Shown here: piece by piece, positions 16,328-24,438 of the stretch
How the letters are laid out: every line of letters begins with the position of its first letter
Numbering within the stretch: position 1 is the stretch's first letter
Assembly (NCBI GenBank): GCA_965224465.1
Contig: OZ245049.1
Coordinates: forward strand, 3,090,001 to 3,122,000
Direction of reading: 5' to 3'
DNA: 32,000 bases
From: Flavobacteriaceae bacterium
GTDB lineage: Bacteria; Bacteroidota; Bacteroidia; Flavobacteriales; Flavobacteriaceae
Notes under the pieces: model-generated
The model's database searches: none
Told to the model about the DNA's origin: nothing
The model's input: the letters and a program-made list of their open reading frames with translations, nothing else
Program-made: the position numbers and the translations under genes

Positions 16328-16345
16328 AATCGAGGATTTTTTATG
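16315..16345 (+). terminator. Intrinsic terminator at the end of IS66 tnpC
   Basis: Perfect 7-bp stem CCTCGAT (16315-16321) / ATCGAGG (16329-16335), 7-nt loop, followed by ATTTTTTAT. Confidence 0.55.
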
Positions 16346-16383
16346 TATTTTTAATTCCTATACGTACTTCGTCGGACGGATAC

Positions 16384-17254
16384 GTTGTGACAACGTTTTT
16401 ATCTTTGATCGAACTTCAATCTTACTGTTGTATTTATACATCCCAATAATATGAGTTGAACTACTAATGTTCCGTAGCTTTCTAAGTAATTTAACACTTG
16501 TAAACCAGGTGTCTATTAAGATGTAATCTATGGGGATTTTACGTTTTACAAGCCTTGAGAACATTTGAACTAGCAGGTCTGTTTTCTTTTTATTGAGTTC
16601 CTGATACCTCTTTGCTGCAATTGTTTTACTACATCTTGGAGTTTTCTTTTGAAGCCTACGTTGCTTCGCCGTTAGACCGTATTTTAATTTTGATGTTTTA
16701 CTTTCACGATGCAAACTAAAGTCAACAGGGATAAATACACTTCCATTCCAATAACCAGCTACAAGTAGCTTAAAGCCTAGGTAATACGTTTTTGACACAT
16801 GGTTGTATATTTTTGAAACACCTTCAATTGTCTTTCCTGTTTTAGAAAGATCAGTATCGTCAAAGATCAAGCACTTTGTAGCGTCTTGAGATGGAGTAAA
16901 GAACTCTTCTTTTAATAGATATTGCTTCACAAACTGAGCTAGAAAAACCCTCCAATTTATCTTTTGATTTGCTAGGATTCGATAGTATGAATCTTTACCC
17001 GACTGACCTAATCCCTTGTCTTTACTACTTGTAAGTCCATGAATAGAATCAAATCCGATAATAGGTAAAATTAAAAGTGTAGAGATTAAATTACCGAATG
17101 AAATCCCCGATTTCTTACACCAACTAAACTTGTTTTTAATTTTATTGAATCCTAAAATATTTAGATGTGCTTGTAGGTATTCTGAACTAAGCCAAATCTT
17201 ATTAAATTTTCCTTTTATCTCCTGTGTTTTTGTGATATCTTCGTGTTCTAGCAT
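16384..17254 (-). pseudogene. IS4-family transposase lacking its C-terminal ~190 codons
   Basis: The translation is identical to the first ~290 aa of the 477-aa copy. The track ORF then reads through into IS66 terminal sequence (..LSQRIRPTKYV). Confidence 0.85.
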
Positions 17255-17369
17255 GTTTTGTACTTTCTTGTTCGTACTTAAAAGTACAATAAAACCAGGG
17301 GATTACCTTGGTTTTCATGCTATTTATTTTTACTTAAACACCTGTAAATGATGGGTGCGAAACTTGAGT
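16384..17369 (-). mobile_element. Truncated second IS4-family copy (transposase-start-proximal 986 bp only)
   Basis: Identical by eye to 6306-7291 (offset 10078). It starts abruptly at the IS66 right end and retains the IR at 17355-17369. Confidence 0.85.
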
Positions 17370-17633
17370 AAACTTATATCATTGAAGGATTCTCTTGAAG
17401 ATATACTTTCAAGCCATTCACTTAATATTGATGATGAAATTATTTCAACTATTAGTTCATTGTGCATTGAAATTAGATTGATGATTAACGAGTTTCGATT
17501 TAATTCTACTCATGAAGAATTAACTGGAGAAAAAGAAGGGATTTCTGGAGCTAATCGGCTAGATAAAATTTATGATATGATTATGGATTTACTAAGATTA
17601 CTTGAGCATGAAAATGGTATTAAAAGAGAATAA
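17355..17633 (+). CDS. Duplicate of the hypothetical 92-codon ORF
   Basis: The translation is identical to 7277-7555. Confidence 0.3.
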   Translation: MRNLSKLISLKDSLEDILSSHSLNIDDEIISTISSLCIEIRLMINEFRFNSTHEELTGEKEGISGANRLDKIYDMIMDLLRLLEHENGIKRE

Positions 17634-17646
17634 AGCAAAGCTGCTA

Positions 17647-19503
17647 ATCGAGTAGACGGGTGACAACTGAATAGTTGCCACTGCGCCTCTCACACCACCG
17701 TACGTACGGGTCTCGTATACGGCGGTTCAAAAAATTGAAGTCTGCGTATTATTAATGTAATCTATCAAAGGTTTATACCCTTTTCGTACAAGTCTAGATT
17801 TGGTAATGGTAGTCTTTAAAATTGGACTTTGGGCTACTGCCCATCCTCCCATTCTGGTTCTACTCCAAGCGTATGCTTGTCCATTCTCTATTCCTAATCT
17901 GATTAGGTTTTTACGTTTTCGTTCGAGTTTTTTTCCAATCGTGCCAAATACAATATCGCAACCGATTTCTTATCCACTCATCTAGCTTTTTAACTTTTGC
18001 ATAGATGTTGGTTAAACGGTAATTATTCATCCAGCCTCGGCAGACTTGATTAAGCCGTTCTAAACGTTCCGACAATGACATTGGTTTGGTTTTCTTGGTA
18101 ATACTCTTTAGGTTACGCTTAAACTTTGCCCAACTTTTCTTTGCTACTACTAGTATATATTGTCCTTTTACTCCCTTTTTGTAGACTGGCACAAAGCCAT
18201 GTCCTAGTAACTCAAAGTTTACGGGTCTACGAATGCCACTTTTGGCTTTATTTATAGGTAGTTTTAATTTGTCTTTTAAGAAGACAAACAACGTATTCCC
18301 TATTTGTTTCGCCTCACGTTTGGTCTTTGCGTAAATGCTAAAATCATCTGCGTAGCGGACGTACCGTAAACCCATTCTTTTCATTTCTTTATCCAAGACG
18401 TCTAACATTATGTTAGATAGTAAGGGACTAATTGGGCTTCCTTGCGGGATTCCTTTTCTACGCTTTTGAAGTTTCCCATTTATTAAAATAGGAACTCTAA
18501 GCCATTTTCGGATTAAACGCATGGTTGTTGGACATTTTACCCTGTGGTAAATAAGTTGTAGTAGGATACAATGGTCCACTTCATCAAAGAACCCTTTAAG
18601 GTCAATATCTACAATATCTTGGTAACCATTATTGATATACTGTTGAGCTTGTAGTACTGCTTTTTGAATGTTCTTTTGTGGTCTAAACCCAAAACTAAGT
18701 GGCTCAAAATCAAATTCGAACTGAACCATTAATTGTTGGCTTACCGCTTGCTGTAGCCATCTATCTACTACTGTTGGGATTCCTAAAAGTCTGGTTTTAC
18801 CCTTGCCTTTTGGAATGCTTACTCCTAAGATTGAGTTTGGAACATAGCTATTCTTACGGATCGTTGTTAGTATGTCTGAACGGTTTTCAACTATATAAGT
18901 TGAAAGTTCCGTTACTTTCATACCATCAACTCCGCTAGCTCCTTTATTTCGCTTCACTTGACGTGCTGCTTTAAAAAGGTTGGTAGCTTCTAGTACTTTG
19001 TCAATCATAGGTTAAATAATTCGGGTACTCCTGTTGGTTTAAAACTAGGCTAGCTAGGCATCCTAATTGAATTTCAACGTAATTTAATGTTCTGTCCTTC
19101 CCTATTTGTGAGACCATCTGAGGTCTTTCCTCAACTCGTTTCCCATAGGTACTATGACGTCTGCTGACTTCTCCATAGAACCAACTCCTGGCTTTGGAGA
19201 CCTCCCCAGGTAATGACATCTTCTTTCACTCAATCACTGCCGTATCTACATAACTACCCTTTTAGTATTCTTTTGGGCGTTGCAATGATGTGTTTACTTA
19301 CCCAAGTAATTATACCTCTGTATACGGTTTCTGTTCGTCAGTACCGAGCTTTGTAGTCTCGCTTCCTTCAGATAAAACCTCACGGTTTTCACCCTTGCGA
19401 CTTACTAATGTTTCAGAACGTTACTCCTGCACATAAGGGACTTGCACCCTCTAGATTAATTAACTACCTTTCCGTAGTTAAAAGATGCCCATGCTGGGCA
19501 CAC
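17647..19503 (-). mobile_element. Group II intron (1857 nt) with intron-encoded reverse transcriptase
   Basis: It is absent from the otherwise identical copy at 7568/7569-7570, which fixes the boundaries. On the minus strand it begins GTGTGCCCAGCATGGG (GUGYG) and ends ...CTACTCGAT (AY). A domain V-like helix CCGCCGTATACGAGACCCGTACGTACGGTGG lies near the 3' end. The RT ORF is inside. Confidence 0.85.
17911..19008 (-). CDS. Group II intron-encoded reverse transcriptase/maturase (reading frame broken near the C-terminus)
   Basis: RT blocks include GIPQGSPISPLLSNIML and the YADDFSIY active-site motif. The maturase X-like motif is RGWMNNY. After the stop at 17911-17913, the typical C-terminus (KRKNLIRLGIENGQAYAWSRTRMGGW...) continues in another frame down to 17727. 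Confidence 0.85.
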   Translation of the reverse strand: MIDKVLEATNLFKAARQVKRNKGASGVDGMKVTELSTYIVENRSDILTTIRKNSYVPNSILGVSIPKGKGKTRLLGIPTVVDRWLQQAVSQQLMVQFEFDFEPLSFGFRPQKNIQKAVLQAQQYINNGYQDIVDIDLKGFFDEVDHCILLQLIYHRVKCPTTMRLIRKWLRVPILINGKLQKRRKGIPQGSPISPLLSNIMLDVLDKEMKRMGLRYVRYADDFSIYAKTKREAKQIGNTLFVFLKDKLKLPINKAKSGIRRPVNFELLGHGFVPVYKKGVKGQYILVVAKKSWAKFKRNLKSITKKTKPMSLSERLERLNQVCRGWMNNYRLTNIYAKVKKLDEWIRNRLRYCIWHDWKKTRTKT

Positions 19504-19638
19504 ACAATAAATATAGGTCATTTGGCAGGTAATGCAAATTTTGAAAATGAGTACAATTAATATAATATATAGCGTTTGGATAGGTTGGAGCTTTGAAATG
19601 CCAAACGCCCCATATTCAAGCCGTTGGCAAACATTAAA

Positions 19639-20259
19639 ATGAAGACTGTACTATACATATTAATTACTCTAATTTCGACTGTCTCGTATGGCCAAATCAG
19701 TGGAAAAGATAGCGACAGAGCGCATCTGCTAATTGATAATTTTCGAAACCATATTGATTCGACTAACCAGTTGACTAATGGAGCTAAGATTTTCTATATC
19801 AGCGACTCCTTATTTAAAGGAACGATATTGACTTTGAAAAATGGCGACAAACTTGAACTTGACTTGAGATACAAAGACAATTTTCGTGGCTATACAGAAT
19901 TAGGTGTTGACTTTGAGAATTATGTACTTATAAAGAATCGTGGAGACGGGTCAGGAAACCCTGAACGACTCCGGGTAATCAACAAAAAAACAGGTGAAGA
20001 CAAGTGGCTTGGAAACTATCCATTCTATCTTGACAAGGAAAATGAAATCGGTGTTTACAAATCATATACAGATTCGTTCTCACAAATTATAGTTCATGAC
20101 TTCTCGACCAACAAAACAGAAATTTATCCGACTCCTGCCACTAAATGTATCTGCTGTGGTTGTTATGAAATTGTCCAATTCGACAATGATGGTTTCACAA
20201 TAAAATTTGTTGACCCCGATGACAATGAGACAGAACTGAAAATGAAAAGAAAAAAATAA
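19639..20259 (+). CDS. Duplicate of the secreted hypothetical protein
   Basis: The translation is identical to 7704-8324. Confidence 0.6.
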   Translation: MKTVLYILITLISTVSYGQISGKDSDRAHLLIDNFRNHIDSTNQLTNGAKIFYISDSLFKGTILTLKNGDKLELDLRYKDNFRGYTELGVDFENYVLIKNRGDGSGNPERLRVINKKTGEDKWLGNYPFYLDKENEIGVYKSYTDSFSQIIVHDFSTNKTEIYPTPATKCICCGCYEIVQFDNDGFTIKFVDPDDNETELKMKRKK

Positions 20260-20836
20260 CGAAATGCCAATAACTAAGTGTTCGTGCGATACCTAGCGCC
20301 CAGCATGAACATCCTGTTGACTGTATCGTTTCAAAAGATGATACTATGAGGTTGGCGCAATTAATTAAGAGGCTATCAACAAAGACCTTAATAAGATACT
20401 ACCTGTTTTAGTGCATTTACTCCCACGCTCTTTTGTGGGGATAGTTTTTTACTGTTTTTTGATACTGATTATTGTTGGTTAGTAGCGTTTAGGCATGCGC
20501 TTTCTATTACGTGGCTACGTTTATTTTTTAACAACGCTAGAACGTAAAACAACCTATTTATATCGGTTATAAGATAAAGGTCAAATCGGTACGGTAATTA
20601 GATGAATAAAAATACAGGGAAATATAATCTGAAAACCACTACTGCGTATAACTATTTTTTGTACTTTTGATTACTGCTTATAGATATATACGTCTTAATA
20701 ATTAAAATAACCCAATGCTACATCGTAGGTTAAATGGATATGCCTTCTTGTTTAGCACTGCTACTGTGAGAATATGGGATTATAAGTAATTTAACACACT
20801 CAAGCGGTAGAACATTACATAAAAAACAAATAAATT

Positions 20837-21298
20837 ATGCCAGGACCAGCAGCAACAATATCGCACATGCACACATGCCCTATGTATAGTGGAACAAGCC
20901 CACATACTGGTGGCCCCATTATAGGCCCGGGAGTGCCAACAGTTTTAATAGGAGGAAAACCTGCCGCAGTAATGGGGGATCAATGTACCTGTTCGGGACC
21001 ACCCGATGTAATTGTAGAAGGTGTTTCTACCGTATTAATTGGCGGGAGACCCGCAGCTACTATGGGATCAAAAACAGGTCATGGAGGCGAAGTAAGCATT
21101 GGAAATCCTACCGTACTTATTGGTACAAGATGTAGTGCTCCTACCGCAATAATGCCTTTGAGTCAAATACCTTTTCCTAAAATCACTCTAATTAATAGAA
21201 TATTAGGGAATACAAGGCAAGCGCAAGAAAACCAAGAAAAAATAAAAGAAGAAGCTAAGAAAAATGGATATCTAAGCCTTGTTGATTTTAGTATTTAA
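20837..21298 (+). CDS. PAAR-domain protein, second paralog
   Basis: 153 aa, identical to the 8901-9362 product except for VHK->LSQ in the tail and the last ~11 residues (NGYLSLVDFSI vs HGYLSDFNLSI). Confidence 0.9.
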   Translation: MPGPAATISHMHTCPMYSGTSPHTGGPIIGPGVPTVLIGGKPAAVMGDQCTCSGPPDVIVEGVSTVLIGGRPAATMGSKTGHGGEVSIGNPTVLIGTRCSAPTAIMPLSQIPFPKITLINRILGNTRQAQENQEKIKEEAKKNGYLSLVDFSI

Positions 21299-21309
21299 TT
21301 ATAAATGTT

Positions 21310-21971
21310 ATGAAAGTAGAGTACCCATTATTACCTTCTGATAAAAAAGATGCTGAAGAATTTACTAAAGAAGAACTTATTTCTAAATATTATGGGCAAA
21401 AAAATCGCTTTGGTTTTTTTCCTATAGGACGTTTAAACTCTTGGCATGGAGGGATTCATATAGAAAGTTCAAGTAGTAAAGTTAGAGCTGTTGCAGATGG
21501 AAGAATAATAGCTTATAGAATTACAGAGGATCTTTTGACTGAAAAAGAAAGGGATAAAAAGTACTCTAACAGTTTTATTCTAATACAGCACAATTTTGAA
21601 ACTCCTAAAAAACAAAAGTTGCGTTTTTATAGTTTGTATATGCATTTACAAACTAAAAATCAATTAGAAAGTGGGTCTGGAAAACATATCCCAAATTTAT
21701 ATGCTAAATATATTGCAAAAGTAACAGGAAAACAGCAACGAGGTGGACTTAATGCAAGATCTGGTTCTGAAACATATGTTAGCAGTAGTAAAAAATGGGG
21801 GAAAATAAAAATGGTTATTTATAAAGACGAAATTGTTAGTTATGATATATCCCCTATAACTGGAGAAAAAGGGGAAAAGATAATGGGAGCTTCTTTTGCA
21901 GATGACCATTGGATTAATGACCATGATTATAAATATATCCCAATTATATATAAAGGACATAGCGATTTAGC
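21310..21971 (+). pseudogene. N-terminal ~220 codons of a second, diverged M23-like effector, ending at the IS30 insertion
   Basis: Colinear with the N-terminus of the 1202-aa effector (NSWHGGIHIE, GRIIAYRI, SFILIQH, FYSLYMHL). The last codons of the track ORF (AEFKSQTQLLVK) are IS30 terminal sequence. Confidence 0.8.
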
Positions 21972-23092
21972 TGAATTCAAGTCACAAACGCAACTTTTAG
22001 TTAAATAATAATTGTTCCATTACAAATATAGGGTTTTGATATTTATGTCTCTTCCTAGGTCTGTTATTTAATTTTGTTTCTACCTCTTTGATTCTTTGAT
22101 CTGTTAGGTTTGTAAAGTCACTTCCTTTGGCAAAATATTGTCTAATCAAACCATTTAAATTTTCGTTAGATCCTCTTTCCCAAGAGTGATATGGATGCGC
22201 AAAAAAGTAATCAATACATAAATTTTCTGCAACCTGCTCATGGCCTGCAAATTCTTTTCCATTATCAGCTGTTATAGTATGTAGATAAGGCTTCCAGTCT
22301 TCTAATATTTCATTGATAGCTTTAGTGACAACAACTGCTTCTTTAGAGCTTACTTTTTTCATTTTAAGCATTCCAGAAGCTCTATCATTTACGGTAAGTA
22401 TGGCTTGATTATGGTTTTTACCTATGATTAAATCGACCTCTAAATCTCCAAATCGATTTCTTTGTTCAACAACTTCAGGGCGTTGTTCTATACTAATACG
22501 ATTCTTTATAACCCCTCTAGAATCCTTTGATGAGCCACGTTTTCTATATCTCCTTCCCTGTCTGCGAAGGTGTGTATGTAAATCACCATCATTCCTCTTG
22601 TCTTCCCTAATATGCTGATATATACGCTCAATAGACACCGTTTCTTTACCTTGTTTTTTTAGGACACCAACTACTTGCTCAGGACTATAATCGTCTCGCA
22701 ATAACAACTCTATTGCTTGTTGAATATCTTCTGTAAAGCGTTTTCTTTTAGGCTTTTCTTTATGACGTTTAGCATACTTTTTTTGGGCTAATTCATGCTT
22801 GTAAACTCCATTTCTTTTGTCTGAATTACGCTTAATCTCTTTGCTAATAACAGACTTGTCTTTTCCTATAGCAGCTGCTATCTCAACCTGTTTATAACCT
22901 TGTTTTAACATGCAACAAATTGTGTATCTTTGCGCTTGGGTGATGTGTTTCATACAACTTCTTTTTTCGAGATTTGAGACCGTAAGATACATATCCATCA
23001 AGACAAGAAAGGTAGGTTTTCCTACTTTTCTGTTTTGAAAATATAACCATCATAGAATCAAATCGAAAAGTTGCGTTTATTAGTTGAATTTA
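21972..23092 (-). mobile_element. Complete IS30-family insertion sequence (1121 bp)
   Basis: Imperfect ~27-bp terminal IRs: TGAATTCAAGTCACAAACGCAACTTTT at the left end and, at the right end (reverse complement), TTAAATTCAACTAATAAACGCAACTTTT. AGC is present on both flanks (21969-21971 and 23093-23095). Confidence 0.85.
21997..22953 (-). CDS. IS30-family DDE transposase
   Basis: N-terminal HTH (MKHITQAQRYTICCMLKQGYKQVEIAAAIG...SVISKEIKRN) and an integrase-type core (LTVNDRASG, ITADNGKEF, ERGSNENLNGLIRQY). The alternative upstream ATG at 23001 is less likely. Confidence 0.9.
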   Translation of the reverse strand: MKHITQAQRYTICCMLKQGYKQVEIAAAIGKDKSVISKEIKRNSDKRNGVYKHELAQKKYAKRHKEKPKRKRFTEDIQQAIELLLRDDYSPEQVVGVLKKQGKETVSIERIYQHIREDKRNDGDLHTHLRRQGRRYRKRGSSKDSRGVIKNRISIEQRPEVVEQRNRFGDLEVDLIIGKNHNQAILTVNDRASGMLKMKKVSSKEAVVVTKAINEILEDWKPYLHTITADNGKEFAGHEQVAENLCIDYFFAHPYHSWERGSNENLNGLIRQYFAKGSDFTNLTDQRIKEVETKLNNRPRKRHKYQNPIFVMEQLLFN

Positions 23093-23329
23093 AGCTGTAT
23101 AAAACGCATCCTGAATACTAATTCCATTACTACTGCTAATCTCCTTTCCACTTTGCCCTGTATTTAAATGAGCTCCTCTGTAATTTGGACCTGGATCAAC
23201 ATCGATTAATTGGTGTTTAAAAATTATATATCCGAGTTCAATTTTACCTGAATAGTTGATTTGGGAATGGGATTTTAGTCCTGCTACGACGCACATAATT
23301 AATGTACATAGCATCTTTGAATTTCGCAT
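23093..23329 (-). pseudogene. N-terminal fragment (signal peptide plus ~55 aa) of an outer-membrane-protein-like gene, ending at the IS30 end
   Basis: MRNSKMLCTLIMCVVAGLKSHSQ signal-like start. The stop codon lies in the IS30 terminus. The family is not recognised with certainty. Confidence 0.4.
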
Positions 23330-23374
23330 GTTTTTTTTGTGTAATCAGCTACTGTAAACGATTAGGTATTGCTA

Positions 23375-23911
23375 TTATTCAACGATAAACTTTCCTTTCA
23401 TCATTGCGTAATGCCCAGGGAAACTACAGATATAATCATACGTTCCTTTAGCGGGTGCATCAAAAGTGATGGTTACACTTTCTCCTCCTCCGATTAATTT
23501 GGTATGTGCTATAATAGCGTCTGTTTCTGGAATGTATTCCTTGTCTGCTGCTTGCATTGCTTTTTGTGCAAAAGCAGGAATGTCTGTTCCTTTTTTTAAT
23601 AAAATAAAATTATGTCCCATTGCTGTTTTAGGCATGGTTCCTGTGTGTTTGAATGTAAGTGTCACACGTGTTCCTTCTTTTACTTTAAGTTCTAATTTAT
23701 CGTATTGCATTTGATCGTTTGACGATAAGAGCAAGGTCACTTCTTTTCCTGTGTTTTCACTTTTTGGTGTTTCAGTAGTTGCTGCGGGTTTTTCTTTTTC
23801 AACTTTTTTCACTTCTTTTTTTACCTCAGTTGGTTCTTTTTGGTCTTTTTTTGTGTCTCCACAACTAATGCTTACCATGGCTACTAATGCAGCAATAATT
23901 ACTTTTTTCAT
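23375..23911 (-). CDS. Azurin-family blue copper protein, lipoprotein form with a K/E-rich tether
   Basis: MKKVIIAALVAMVSISCGD lipobox. MGHNFILL ... IAHTKLIGGGESVTITF ... YDYICSFPGHYAMMKG is colinear with azurin and includes the His, Cys-x4-His and Met copper ligands. Confidence 0.8.
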   Translation of the reverse strand: MKKVIIAALVAMVSISCGDTKKDQKEPTEVKKEVKKVEKEKPAATTETPKSENTGKEVTLLLSSNDQMQYDKLELKVKEGTRVTLTFKHTGTMPKTAMGHNFILLKKGTDIPAFAQKAMQAADKEYIPETDAIIAHTKLIGGGESVTITFDAPAKGTYDYICSFPGHYAMMKGKFIVE

Positions 23912-23937
23912 GTTTAAATATTTAAATGTTAATTAAT

Positions 23938-24417
23938 TTAGAGTTTGACGGCTTTTAAGAATTCGTCTTGGTTTTTGACTATAAAAGCATCAATTTTTTG
24001 TAAATCTTTGGGGTCAAATACCTGACGTGCTTTTTTAACGAGTGCTTCATGAAAGAGACTCGCATCTATTTTTAACTGACTCAATTGGGTTAATAATGTT
24101 TTATAATCAGCATAGCGTTCTTCTTTGGAGGCGATCATTATTTGAATTTCTATCGCTTTTATTTCTTTTTTGATAGCGGGGACTTTTTTATGTGCTTCTG
24201 CGATTAACACCGCACATTGTTTAAGGGTGTTTTTACCGATTCCGATGTCAGATCCATATTGCATGGCAACACCAATTAGGCAGGGAGGCATGCTCGCTAT
24301 AAAAATGGCAGGGGATTGCTGTGGTGGATTCTTTATAAATAGGGAAGGTTTTTCTGCTTGAGAAAACACCGGAGTTAGCATCCATAAGAATAGGATCAAA
24401 TTAATGGTATGTTTCAT
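23938..24417 (-). CDS. Secreted hypothetical protein (helical, 159 aa)
   Basis: Signal peptide MKHTINLILFLWMLTPVFSQA. It is tightly packed between the receptor and azurin genes. No domain recognised. Confidence 0.55.
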   Translation of the reverse strand: MKHTINLILFLWMLTPVFSQAEKPSLFIKNPPQQSPAIFIASMPPCLIGVAMQYGSDIGIGKNTLKQCAVLIAEAHKKVPAIKKEIKAIEIQIMIASKEERYADYKTLLTQLSQLKIDASLFHEALVKKARQVFDPKDLQKIDAFIVKNQDEFLKAVKL

Positions 24418-24438
24418 GTTGTTTGTGTTTTTATATCC

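Larger units (their letters stand above)
13906..16383 (+). mobile_element. Complete IS66-family insertion sequence (2478 bp)
   Basis: 13-bp perfect terminal inverted repeats: GTATCCGTCCGAC at 13906-13918 and its reverse complement at 16371-16383. Canonical three-ORF tnpA/tnpB/tnpC layout. The flanking 8-mers differ (GTTTAAAA vs GTTGTGAC). Confidence 0.9.
16384..21263. repeat. Segmental duplication, copy B (interrupted by the group II intron)
   Basis: See copy A at 6306-9326. Confidence 0.85.

Noticed and set aside
17800-19219. ORFs 17800-17985 (+), 18699-18938 (+) and 19001-19219 (-) inside the group II intron
   Set aside because: The first two are antisense to the RT gene or its frameshifted tail. 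The third lies in intron domain I-IV RNA upstream of the RT start. None has protein-like features.
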